From NCBI GenBank assembly GCA_039096225.1, contig JBBPEB010000033.1, forward strand, positions 806,001 through 870,000: a stretch of 64,000 nt of DNA. The letters are read 5' to 3'. This document shows positions 1 to 17,698 of this stretch, piece by piece. The notes under the pieces are model-generated. The model did no database searches, was not told the origin of the DNA, and worked only from the letters and a program-made list of their open reading frames with translations. The stretch's first letter is position 1; every line of letters begins with the position of its first letter. This DNA is from Blastocystis sp. Blastoise. Taxonomy: Eukaryota; Protista; Bigyra: Opalinata. The translations under genes and the position numbers were made by a program.

Positions 1-1291
1 TGAATAAAATGATTATATCATATACAAAGTCTTTCTCTGAAGATAGTGTTACTAATTCGTAAATTTTAGTTTTTCATATCGAAAATCAAATTCACTAAGA
101 AAGAAACGTATTAATCTATTCTGTTAAATACTAACTTGAATCAACAGACTCTTTATATGCAAATTCAATGAACATTCACAATAAGAGATGATATTTAGAG
201 GCATTCTTTATGGATTCTGTATATAAGCTAAATATTTTAATCCATGTTATACATGTATCTAAATGTAAATACAATTTTCATATGACTTTTAGTTCATACG
301 ACCTGCTTAAATATACTACCTTGTTATTTTGAAAAGAATTGATTTCTGTTCTTCTTCTCATGAAAATATCACAATGAGTTAAATGAACAATAAACCAACT
401 TTTTAATGAATAATAGTAAAAAATTATTTTGTATATATTACTTATTTTTCAACGATTTACTTATAAAAACAAGATTTATGATTGTCTCGTCTCCTCTATT
501 TGAAATATATGAATATATTCTTCACACAATAGTAAAAGTTATGTGAACACTATATTTTTCTTTGAAAGTCATGAACATGCATTTAGGTCTTCTATCTGTC
601 ATTATCAAGTATTCTATTACTTAAAACTACTCTTGATGTATCTATATATCATAATATACTATTTTATCTATTATTTCATCGAAAATGTCGTTAGAAATGC
701 CGAATAAACGGCGAGAAGGAATTCCATTACAACGAAATCTATGTTTTGTGTTTTTCTCGATTGACGCACACTTCGACATAGAAGTAGCATGTAGCATCAT
801 TGATTTCATTTGCGTTTACTTGAGTTCCCAATAGTTCTCGGTATTATCGAGAAAATGGCAGTTGCTTTATCCTTTTTTAAAAAGAAGAAAATCAATCGCT
901 GTTTCTCAAAAGCAAAGGAATTGTGGTTCTAGAACAGACACACCGATGACGTATTGACTGTCATTTTTCTCTTTTTTATTTGCTTTTTTCTTATTTTTCT
1001 TATTTTTCATAGGAAAATCATAATTTTGAGTTAAAAAATTATTTTTTTTCGTAACTTTTTCGTTTCTTTTTTGGATCTTGTTTTTTATTCAAATACCGTA
1101 TTTATTTATCGATTTGATGGTTGAGACCATAAGTTTATATGAGCGGTTAAAAACAGTAAATAAGCCAATGAAAATCGGTATTAACATATCTTCTTTTATG
1201 ACTCAAAAACAGTCATTATACAATTAATAAAATAAAATAAAATACTGTTATTGACATATTTTATTTTTTTACTTGTTTTAGAAGTCTAGAA

Positions 1292-4050
1292 ATGAGATTT
1301 GTTTGTTTTGCTGCTTTACTTTGCTTGAGTTTAGCTGTACAGTATAATATTGATGCTAGTAAGAAGACTGTTGAAGTTCCTTCAACTCTTTTTGGTGCTT
1401 TCTTTGAAGAAATTAGTCATGCTGGTGATGGTGGTTTATATCCTGAAAAGATATTTAATAAGAACTTTGGTGACGATTTCCAAACTACTGGATGGTCTTT
1501 AAAATCTACTAAGGATACTTATGCTGTTATGAATACCGATAGTGAGTTCCCATTAAATGCTAATAACACTAATTCTTTAAAGACTGAAGTTACTACTGCT
1601 GGTTCTTTCCCTATTTACATTGATAATGAAGGCTATTCTCAAAGTGTATTTGTTGGAAAGTACGATATTGACTTATATATTCGTTATGTTACTAAAAGTG
1701 GAAAAGGTACTGCTACTATTCGTGTTTATAATCATTATGGTATTGGTAATGGTCCTCGTGGTGATGTTGAACCTGCTATTATTACTGTAAAGAGTCAAGA
1801 TCCTTCAGATACTACATATCAACATGTTACTGCTGTTATGAACTTTAAGAATGAATTCCATTGTTCTTATACAAGATTTGAAGTTACTCCTTCTGAAGCT
1901 GAACCTTTTGCTATTTATTTTGCTTATCCTTCTATTTTACCTGAAGCTAATGTTAAGAAGATTGGTGATACTTTTATTATGCGTAAAGATATGTATGATT
2001 TTGTTGGTGGAATTAAACATGGTATGCTAAGATTCCCTGGTGGTAACTTTGAAGCTGGTGATACTTTTGCTCAAGCTACTTATTGGAAGAGGTATGTATA
2101 TTGTGTTTTATTATATATTTCATTTATTATTTTAATTTTTTAATATTATTATATATTTCATTTATTATTTTAATTATTTTATATTATTATATATTTCATT
2201 TATTATTTTAATTATTTTATATTATTATATGTTTCATTTATTATTTTAATTTTTTAATATTATTATATGTTTCATTTATTATTTTAATTATTTTATATTG
2301 TATTTTCATATTAGTTGAAATTATAGTATTATTATAAAATTAGATAAATATATTATATCTTCTATGTAAATATTATGTTTCTATATTATATATATTTTAT
2401 TTATAAATCCTTATATATTTATAATATATATATCTATATATATAGAGATATTGGTCCTCATGAACAACGTGGAGGTCATCTTGTTCCTTGGTTACCTCCT
2501 TATTATTATACTGCTGGTATTGGTGAATATGAATTCCTTCTTTGGGCTGAAGACCAACATATGTATACTATTATTATACTCTTTATTTATTATTATTATT
2601 TTAATTTTTTTTTAAATTTAAAAAAAAATTTTTTTAATTATTTTCTTTTACATTTCTATATTCTAAATATATTAATATAATTGTAATAATAAAAAAAAAA
2701 TATATGATATTTTATTTTTATATAATTATACATATAATTATTTATATAACTCTCTAAATAACTATAGGGAACCTGAATGGGTTGTTAATTGTGGTATAAC
2801 TTTAGGAGGTGATGTTGTTTCTGATGATGATTTAAAATGGATATTACAAGATGCTTTAGATGCTGTTGAATTTGCTAATGGTAACTTAAATACTACTTAT
2901 GGTGCTTTAAGAGCTAAATTTGGTCATCCTGAACCTTTTAATCTTAAATATCTTGCTGTTGGTAATGAACATTGTTTAGGAGATAAACGTCATGCTAACT
3001 ATAGAAAAGTGTATCCTATATTCCAAAAAGCTATTAAAGATAAATATCCTTATATTAATGTTGTTGCTAACTGTGTATGTATTCTATTCTATTCTATATT
3101 ATGATTTATAGTAATAATGTATATATATTATATAATATTAATAGAATACAATAATATCTATTATATTATATATTATGATTTATAGTAATAATATATATAT
3201 ATATTATATAATATTAATAGAATACAATAATATCTATTATATTATTATTTTTCTATAGGATGATTCTCAATTAGGTTCTTATGATATTTGGGATGAACAT
3301 ATATATGATGTTAATATTGGTAATGATCATTATTATCATTTATATGATAATTATGATAGAAATAAGGCTAAGATTTTAATTACTGAATATTCTGCTACTA
3401 CTTGGTATACACCTAAAGATGATGATATGGAGAATTTAATTACTGCTGTAAAAGAAGCTTCTTATTTATTAGGTGTTCAAAAGAATGCAGATGTTATTGT
3501 TATGGCTTCTTGGGCTCCTTTATTTTATGATGATCGTGTATTACCTGGTATTGGTGGATGGCCTCATGGTATGATTCATTTTGATGATCGTACTGTTTAT
3601 GGTACTCCTTCTTATTATATGGTTCAAATGTTAGCTGAAATTAAAGGTGATTATAACTTATATCATACAGAAACTTTAGATACTCCTTTAGATTCTGTTC
3701 GTATTTCTATGAATCAAAAAGAAGCTGCTAAAGGTAAACAAGGTAATTCTGTTGGCTTAAGATCTCTTGCTTCTATTGATACGAAAACAAATAGAATTGC
3801 TTTTAGACTTGTTAATCTTGATGAAGTTGCTTATCCTGTTACTATTGAATTAGATAACGTTGAAGGTGAAATTAAAAAAGTCGATATTACTACTCTTACA
3901 GCTCCTCATAAATATATGATGAATTCTGTTGTTTATCCTAAATTAGTATCTCCTGTAACTGTTCAAAAGAATGTTCAAAATAATAAATTAGTATATACTG
4001 TTGAACCTCTTTCTGTTACTGTCTTAAATTTCTTCCCTGCTGAATTATAA
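1292..4050 (+). CDS. Secreted GH51 alpha-L-arabinofuranosidase; 4 exons (1292-2091, 2446-2562, 2768-3074, 3259-4050)
   Basis: Signal peptide. GH51 motifs LFGAFFEEISHAGDGGLY, LRFPGGNF, GHPEPFNLKYLAVGNE (acid/base Glu), ITEY (nucleophile), MASWAPLF and GTPSYY. GT..AG joins restore one frame. Confidence 0.93.
2108..2300. repeat. ~38-nt tandem repeat (~5 copies) in GH51 intron 1
   Basis: The unit ttatat(a/g)tttcatttattattttaatt(a/t)ttt(t)atatta recurs head-to-tail. Confidence 0.8.
3097..3246. repeat. ~75-nt tandem duplication in GH51 intron 3
   Basis: The segment attatgatttatagtaataat...aatagaatacaataatatctattatatta occurs twice. Confidence 0.8.
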
Positions 4051-4464
4051 ACAGAAATATAAAATATTTTGATTTTTTTATATATAAGAATTATCATTAT
4101 ATATAATATTACAGTATTTTCATATCTAATTCAATTTATATAAAGTTGATCTTTTTATAAATATTTTTTATATACATTTTGTAATTGAATTACATTTTTG
4201 TTGTATTTTATGTTGTTTTAGTTATATGTGTACTGTTCTGTTTATACATTGATAATATGAATAATAATAGTTGTTTCGTTAAAGAATAAATAAACTAAAC
4301 TTATATTTATATAAGAAATACACTTGAAATAAATGAACCATAAGTATAGTATGACACAGTATATAATTAAAAAAAATATAGATAAATATATATATATATA
4401 TTAAAAAAGACATTGTTCGCTAATTTACATTATAATAGAATGATTATATATATATGTATATATA

Positions 4465-7140
4465 TTAAGATGAAGAAGGAGGAAGAGACGTATCTTTTGG
4501 CTTAGATAACTTTATACTTAGTGAATAACTCTCAATTCGAGTTAAGGAAAGATAAGCAGTAGAATCGACAGTAGCTAAAAATAAGTTTTTATTTTTATTT
4601 TGTGTAGAAGTGATATAAAATTCTGTAGTAACAGCAGTATGAATATATGGACCAGGATTATTCTATATTATATATAATAAGTAATATTCAGTAATAATAA
4701 GTATATATGTATATATATGTTATATATAAATACTATGTATAATGATATAATAAGTATAATAATAATATTAATAATAATAATATATATACAGATATAATAT
4801 TATTTGGAAGTCTATTTTCAACATAAATACATATAGGAGTTTGAGATGAATAATTATGTATAAAAATGGGATCTGTATTTATATTATGTTCTTTCCCTAA
4901 TAAAAGACAACATAAACCTTGATAAGCATCGCCTGCAGACTGAGTTCGACAACTATATATATATATAAGAGTTGAGAATAAAATATATTATTAAAATTAA
5001 ACTAAAAAATAAAAAATAATAATAAATAAAAAATAATAATAAATAAAAATAATAATAAATAAAAATAATAATAAATAAAAATAATAATAAATAAAAATAA
5101 TAATAAATAAAACTAATAATAAATAAAAATAATAATAAATAAAAATAATAATAAATAAAAATAATAATAAATAAAAATAATAATAAATAAATAATAATAA
5201 CACCAATATATACGATATTAGTAAAGCTCGAATAATTGTGGAAATAATGAGTGAATCAGAAATCGTAGCTTCATGAAAAGGACGAAGTACTTGGAATATG
5301 TCATATAATAACTATATATAATAATAATAATAATATAAACATAATAATAATAACTATATATAATAATAATAATAATATAAACATAATAATAATAATAAAG
5401 ATAAAAAGAATTATATATATATATATAAAAAAAACACATTAATATACAGTATATACTTCTCGAATAATGACTTCTCCACGATTATTATCAAATTCTGAAT
5501 CTTTTGTATCTGAAGAACTACTATTACTTCCTTTTAGCGATGATTTCATTTTCCCATTATTCTTATTAAGACGTTCTTTATCTGTTTCATATATACGATT
5601 ATTAAAGGATATTCGATCTCTCATCGAATCCATATAGACTTGTTGCATATCTAATTTACTATCTATTCCTTTTTCTAAATTTAATAAATTCTTAATATAA
5701 TCAACACTAATAGTATATAATTCACATGTCATTTCTAAACAACTTTTATATAATTTATCAAAACTAATACATTTAATATTACGATCTCTTCTATTTGTAA
5801 ATCGAGCTATAGAATCAGGATTATCTTTAACCACAAGATTCTTCGCCGTACGAATTGTACTAACGAAGTTATCTCGTTCTGCTGGTGTATTACATTGAAA
5901 TAATATCTTCTGTTCTCCATTTTCTTTCACTTTTTCTTTGGGCATATTCTCTTCATCATCTTCTTTTATATATAATTTTATTTTATTCGTATTGTTTTCA
6001 TTATTCCCAAGAATATCGCTATCACTACCACTACCACGTTTCCCTAAAAATGGAAATATTCTCATTCCATTACTATTACTATTATTATTATTATTATTAT
6101 TATTACTATTACTCGTATGTGTAGAGACTAAATCGTCATTATCTTCTATATCTATATGACGATTGGATTGAATCATTTTATTTACATATAATTCAAAACA
6201 ACAATCATTATCATTTGTTAAGGGATTCGCAAAAGTCTTTTCATTTAATTCTATATATGGATATAAAAATTATTAGTATTTAATTATAATTATAAAAAGA
6301 ATAAAAAAGAATAATAATAATAAAATAATAAAATAATAAAATAAAAATAAAATAAAATAATAAAAATAAAATAATCATAATAAAATAATAAAATAAAATA
6401 ATAAAATAAAATAAAATAAAATAATAAAAATAAAATAATCATAATAATAAAGCCAAAAACATAATAATAAACATAATATATATACCAATAACAGTATAAT
6501 TTGAAGTTGGATCATTCATTTCACGACGAATTTCTCGTTCATACATTTCTTGTTTACTATTAAACCTATATATAATATATAATATATATAAAATATTTTA
6601 TCAATAAAATAAGAATATCTATATAATATATACATAAGTATTTTTCCTGATAAAATAACAACCATCTTCTTCTTCCAACCTGGACTATTTCGATTTTTCT
6701 TCGTTATAAAACTTGAAAGGAGAATTTCAGATTCTGATTGGTCAATACGATATTCTGGTTTATTACAAAGTTGAATACATGCACGTGAATAAAAAGCAAT
6801 TTGATCTTTTAATAAATTTAATTCAATTTCTTGTCTTTCAACTTGTTTTTTATAATTATTTTTTTCTGTAAAAGCTGTTTCATATAAATTTTTATAAATA
6901 TCATTAGTATTTGTAGTATTCATTGGTCTTAAAGAAGGACTACCAGGCATAGAAATAGAGAAAGGAGGAGAGAGAGGATGTAGAGAAGGAGACATAGGAT
7001 GAAGAGAAGGAGAAGTAAGAGGACTTGTTTTAGGAAGATCTGTAGGATAATTTGTTATTGTACTATTCATAGCATTCTTATTTGTATTATTAGATATATT
7101 TATAGGATTTGTAGAAGGTAATGTAGATTGAACTTGTGGC

Positions 7141-7172
<32 letters not shown>

Positions 7173-7443
7173 AGAAGGAGGTAATTCAATGGGTTTTAAG
7201 GGTTGATTTTTTTCTACTTGTTTATTTTTATTATCATTCTTTTTAGGTATTATGTTTAATGTTCTTTTTGTAGTAGTATTAGATATAGTATTTGGTTTAG
7301 GAAGAGATATATCGGATGACTAGCAATAAATATATGTATAGATAATGATATGAATATAAATAGATATAATATTCAAAAAAAAAAATAATAATTATATAAA
7401 TAAAAATATTTATAATATATCAAAAAATAATAATAAAAAAATA

Positions 7444-7478
<35 letters not shown>

Positions 7479-8174
7479 AAAAAAAAAAAAAAATAATAAT
7501 ACAAAAAAAAAATAAAAAAAAACTTTAATATATATATATACACTTTGTAATGTTGTTTTGAATGTACTAGTAGGTAATGGAACGGATGAATGTATAGTTT
7601 TTGTTTTATTGAAATTATCAGTAGAAATTTGATCTAAAGACTTTGTGAGATGGTCTTTTTTAATAGAAACTGAATCATTTTCAGAAAATACAGAATGATT
7701 AGATATATCATCTGAAGAAGTTATAAATGGTCTTGATATAATATCTTTATTTGATGTTTCAATAGTTTCACCATTGATCTTACTCGTAAACTTCATTTGA
7801 ACTGATTGAGTACTAACTTTAACATTACTATTAATAGGTCTTGATAAAGCGGGAGGTGTTAAGGATATACTCTTATTACTATTACTTGTAGCTAAACATT
7901 TAGGACTAAATGTATGAGGAATTGGAGATGAACTCAAGTTAACAGGAGGTGATTCTTGAATTAATACTTCATTACGGATTTGAGATGCATTTGAAGGAGT
8001 TAAACTTCCTAAACTTGCAGTCATAGCATGATTCTCAGAGGTACCAGCCTCATTAGAACTCAAACTGGTTTGACGAAGTGAAATACTACTTCTAGTAGCT
8101 TTTAAATTTCCATTGTTCGTACGTAAATGAACAGAAATATCGCTACTTTTGCTTGTTTCAATTTCAGGAGTCAT
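4465..8174 (-). CDS. Multi-exon PH-domain protein with Ser/Pro-rich N-terminus, short coiled coil and uncharacterised C-terminal domain
   Basis: PH-like start SFITKKNRNSPGWKKKMVVILSGKIL and PH-like end ILFQCNTPAERDNFVSTIRTA, split by an insertion. Exons are bounded by GTAT/TAG. TAA stop at 4465-4467. The start at 8174 may not be the true first ATG. Confidence 0.65.
5016..5199. repeat. ~19-nt AT-only minisatellite in an intron
   Basis: The unit aataataataaataaaaat is repeated about 9 times. Confidence 0.8.
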
Positions 8175-8620
8175 TAGATAATTAGGAAATGAATCTAAGA
8201 TATTTCGATTTTAAGTTATTTAGCAATAATTCTTGATAATCTAGACAAAATATGTTTGATAATAGTAAAAATTATACAATTCTAAAAAGAAACTTTTGTA
8301 AAATAGTAAATAAATAGAAAAATATCTAAATTGAGAATATTGTTGAAATGAAAAAAGTGTTGAAATGAAGCAGGTTTACGGATATTACCGCGAATCTTTT
8401 GAAAAATATCCAATTGTTTTCTGTTGCTGTTTAGCTCTTCTTAATAGAGTCAGTGAATATAAAATGGATACCTCTTTTGCATTTCAGAGTATCGTTGTGA
8501 TTATGTTGTTCTTCTGCCTGAAAGTCTTATTATTTTATGATACTGTATGCTGTTGTCAATTAGATATTTAAATTATGAATAGTTTTTCTTTGGTGTCGGA
8601 CATAAAATGATACAAAAAAC

Positions 8621-9839
8621 ATGTATTTAAACTATAGTTTGATTTTTTTTATATACTTTTATTTGATTTTGTTGTTAACGCTTGTATTTCGTATAGATGC
8701 GAATCGTTTCACTTCTAGAACTCTGACGTTTGTTCATTCTAGTAATCCGATGCCAGGATATATATCTAGAAGAAGAAAACGATATACTTATGGAAAGAAT
8801 TATGTTGGATATACAAATTACATTACAAAAATGCATCGAAAGAAGTACTATGAAGTTGAAAAAGATACTATTCAAAAATCAAAAAAGAAATTATTAGCGT
8901 CATCGAGTGATTCTCAGTTATCGCACTCAAAAACGTATACATCAGATAGTATTTTAAAGAATAGAAAACATAATATTACCTATGATCAAATGACATTCAG
9001 TAATGTTAATAGTACTAATCTTCATGATTTTAATGATGTATTTTATGAAATTCGGCCTTTACAATATTATAAACGTAAAAATTCATTTCGTAAACAAATA
9101 AGTCTGTTAAAAACTCATATATTAAGAAATCAAGATTTAGATAATACATTGAAAAGATTTAAATCTCTGTAAGTTTTATTTTATGTAATATATATATGTA
9201 TATATATAGTTTTGATAATAGATATTTATTAGTATATGGTGTACCTATGGTTGATCCTGAAGTATCTATATATATATATGATAATAATTATATGATAATA
9301 ATTAAAATAAATATTTCTATGATTTTTATAGAATAAAGAATTGAATCAATTACGTGTGTTTTTATTGAGTTATTTTACTCAATTAGAAACAGATTATTCA
9401 ATTAAATTTGTAGTATTTACTAATAATACAAATATAATGCTTTTATGTAAACATTATAATATCACTTTTACAGATAATTATGAGTATGATTTTTTTTTAG
9501 ATTTTTTTTTGATTATTATTATTGTATTTATGATTATTATATATATAAAAACAATAAATGTATTTATGTTTCAATCTATATTTTTTTATATAAATAAATA
9601 TATAAATATATAAAATTAATAAATATATATATATATAGATCAAATGAATATCACGTACCTACTCTCTTTTCTCTATCTTCTATAATAGAAGATTTATATC
9701 CTAATTCCTCATTTTATGGATATATCAGTGAAACTACTATTCAAGATTCTTCTATTCTTTCTGTTCTACGATATATTAAGAAATATCAAAATAGTAAACA
9801 AAAGAAATATATTAAAAAAGACATTAAACATGTATGCTA

Positions 9840-9876
<37 letters not shown>

Positions 9877-11051
9877 TATTATTATTATTCTATGTATTTT
9901 AATATTACTCTATTCTTAATTTAAAAGAATTAATGTATATATTATAATATATTATAATATATATATAGTTATTTTTAACAGGTCGTAGTTATTCTATCGA
10001 ATCTGTTGATTCATTTCCATCACCACCCTCTATACAATGGTATATATATAATAATAATAATAATAAAGTAATTATTTATATATATATTATTATATAATAA
10101 TAATAATCTATATTTTATATATATATTAGTATTGAGAAAATAACTCTGTTTATTATTTATATAGTATTAGTGATTATATTGTTAAAAATATAATAATGAC
10201 TCATGACCCACTTACAACTATTCTTGTATATATATCTATTAGTATATACTTATATATATAGCCATTCTTTATACATACCCCTGGTTTCTATCAATTTCAT
10301 ACAAATTTTGATCCTGTTGCAGGTATATATATATATATATATAATTATTATATTTAATATCTGTATGATATTGATGTAAAAAATATATAGTTTTTAGCTA
10401 TAACATGTTATATATATTCGTAATTATATATATATATAGGACGTCCGTTTTTAGATACGATACTATTACGATATGCTATTCGAAAGAGGAATACAATGGT
10501 TATTGATGTCTCTACAGCAGGTATATCTATATATATATATATATTATATCATTTTTATATAATGATACTTTTATTTCTTTATAATGTATACAATTTTCTT
10601 CTTTCTACTTCTTATTTCCTTTTTTTATGGATTTACTTTTATTTTTATTCTTTACTATTATTACTATATAATAATATTCATTTTATTTGTATAGTATTAT
10701 TAATATTATATATATATATATGTAGTTCCTACACTTTCAGTTACATCATTCATGGCACCCTCAACTTCTCAAATTACTTTAAATGATTATTATTATAATA
10801 CTCATTATTTTGATATTAATAATCCTTTAGAACGTGATGCTTTTAAAGTCATTCGACATTCTATTAGTATATATATATATGTATATCTTATCAAATTCAT
10901 AATTCTATTCTAAACATTATTCTTATTTTATATTTTATGTATATATTTCTTTTTAATTCTACTCTATATATATTGTTACTCTATATTCCTATATATATGT
11001 ATTCTTTTAGGTTCTTCTACACATCCTCCTTATTTCCGATTTATTAATTAA
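8621..11051 (+). CDS. Type II membrane protein, putative (possibly degenerate) glycosyltransferase-like; ~10 exons
   Basis: N-terminal hydrophobic anchor. Spliced exons give VPTLFSL..SFYGYISETTIQD, LFLTGRSY and GRPFLDTILLRYAI...VIDVSTA, resembling the YGYxNxDI / GR..DNWL pattern of uncharacterised GT-like proteins. Stop at 11049-11051. Confidence 0.5.
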
Positions 11052-11211
11052 AATATTCTATTCTATTATGTATATGTAAATTATTATTCAAGTTCATTTA
11101 TTAATTATTTATTCCTTAAATTTTATTTTTATTTATTATATTTTTATAAATTTTATAAATTTTCATTTTATTTTATTATTTTTCTAATCGACGAATTTAG
11201 AACTTGCTTCA

Positions 11212-11215
<4 letters not shown>

Positions 11216-11262
<47 letters not shown>
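11216..11262. repeat. (TA)n microsatellite, intergenic
   Basis: Perfect TA dinucleotide run. Confidence 0.95.
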
Positions 11263-11266
<4 letters not shown>

Positions 11267-11791
11267 TTTTTTAAAAATTCAATTCTTGATTGCATAATTC
11301 TGAAATTCTATATTATCTTTTTTTTATTACCATTTTATGCTAATATTATTATTATTTGTTTATCTATTTTTAATATTAATTAATTTTGTTTTTGTTTTTA
11401 TAATTTCTTTTGTTTCTTTTTATAGGTAAAACATATATTATTATTTATTTCTTTTATTTATATACAGTTGAAAATCATAGAAAAAACCAGTTGAAATGAT
11501 ATGAAAATAATTATATCAGTAATAAGTAAGTAGAATAAGAATAAAATCATGATAAAATCAATCAATAATACGATTTCTTCCATTTTATCATGTATTCTAT
11601 ATATTGATATACCATGAATAACTACTATTTCTCCTCTAATATTTCATAAAATTCTTGATTCGTATTATCAACAATATTCTACATAACACATTCTATTACC
11701 ATCTTTATTTTTTTATACTATTCTCGGTAAATAAATAAAAAATATAAAGAATATAAAATAAAATTTTGATAGCAAATTGAGAAAAAGAAGT

Positions 11792-11865
11792 AGCTCACAG
11801 CGGGACTTGAACCCACAATCTCCTGCTCCGTAGGCAGATGCCTTATCCAATTGGGCCATGCGAGC
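11792..11865 (-). tRNA. tRNA-Arg(ACG)
   Basis: Reverse complement is GCTCGCA TGGCCCAATTGGATAAGGCA TCTGC CT-ACG-GA GCAGG AGATT GTGGG TTCAAGT CCCGC TGTGAGC T. It forms a full cloverleaf with A and B boxes and a T5 Pol III terminator just downstream (11782-11786). Confidence 0.96.
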
Positions 11866-12532
11866 TTGTTTTACGAATGATTATATCATTATTACAATAT
11901 TTAATCTCACATAAATAGTCTAGTTATTTCACTATTTATAAGATATTTAAGCAAATAAAAAATGTTATCGGTGCTATATTATTGTAATCAATCAGTATAG
12001 TGATTTTTATATTTCATTTATAGCATTAAAAAAAATAGTTTATCTTGAAGCAATTTAATTATGCATATCATATTAGATATATTCTGTATATTCAGACTAT
12101 GAAATCAATTTCATTGTATAACTATATTGTAGTCTACATATTTCTATGAATTGCTAGAAACCATGACTATGTGTTTGCTTCTGTGTTAGAAAATTCATAA
12201 ACAAGTAAAGGAAACTAAAGAATTAAGTAATAATACCACCATTGACGAACAACAAATTACATTTCAATTCACAAAATACTTCATAAATTATTTATTTTAT
12301 GGCTAATAAAGTGTGGTCGCTTAAAAAGGTAGAAAATAAGTAAGATAGAGATAAATTTGATATAAAAAAAAGACATAAAACTTGAAATGATTTTTTTATA
12401 GAATTCGCGTAAATGACGCTATATATTCGTGGTTATTTTAGTAACCACAATTCCATACAATTTCAATACTTTCATTTCTAGATTTTGAAACCCATTATTT
12501 TTTTAAAGAGCATTTTCATAAGTAAATAAAAG

Positions 12533-16833
<4,301 letters not shown>

Positions 16834-17698
16834 TAAACTATTACTATTGTTAGAAACATTAACATATCTATATATTTTATATAAGATAGTTGCATTCTTT
16901 CTATACTTTGAAAATATCATAAAAATGAACTTTTATTTTCTTTTTTTCCTTATTAATATGTTCAATTTCTAATTCATAAAATATAATTATATACATAACT
17001 CATTATTCAATTATTAAAAAAATAGTAATATTTATATATACATATACATATTTATTTTACTTTTTATTCTCTTTTTTTTTCTTAATGCATTTTCTTTTCT
17101 TTTATTTTAAATAACTTGTTGTTGTATTCAGTTCATTTTATATATATTATGGTTTCTGTTCATATAATATATATTTTATAGAATTTTAAAATTAATTGAT
17201 TCTTATAATAAGTACAAATCATAATAAATCATATAACTAAACATATAACACATAAGATAAAAATATTAAATGCTGAATTTTTTTTAAAGAAAATATTATT
17301 ATTTGCTTTAAAATACAAATTCTCTTTTTAATTCAATAAACCATAGTGTATTTATGTTTTTTATTGAATCATACATTATATTGTGATATATAATTTCTTG
17401 CATTTTGCAATTTATGATTGACATCTATGTTATTCATCATAGTATACACAAATGAGTAGCAATAATTATACATTATTTAAAATATATATATAACGTAATA
17501 TATATTATTAAAGAAAACAACATTTATATATTATATATAATGAGTGTTAATAAAAAAAAGTATATGAATTTATATATTGTTTTATTATAAAAATATTAAG
17601 TGATTTAAGAAATATGAGACATAAAAGTATTAACATAATAGAATATATAGATACAATGTATAGAAAAGAGAAAACAAGTGTTTATATAATTCTCTTAA

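Noticed and set aside
1-960. Possible gene remnant or ncRNA in the slightly GC-richer left end
   Set aside because: I found no sustained ORF, splice pattern or recognisable RNA structure.
4021-4080. Blastocystis-type stop codons created by polyadenylation
   Set aside because: Every gene end I traced, including this one, has a genomic stop codon, so there is no evidence for it in this window.
8365-8571. 68-aa ORF between divergent genes
   Set aside because: It has no recognisable motif and overlaps the probable bidirectional promoter.
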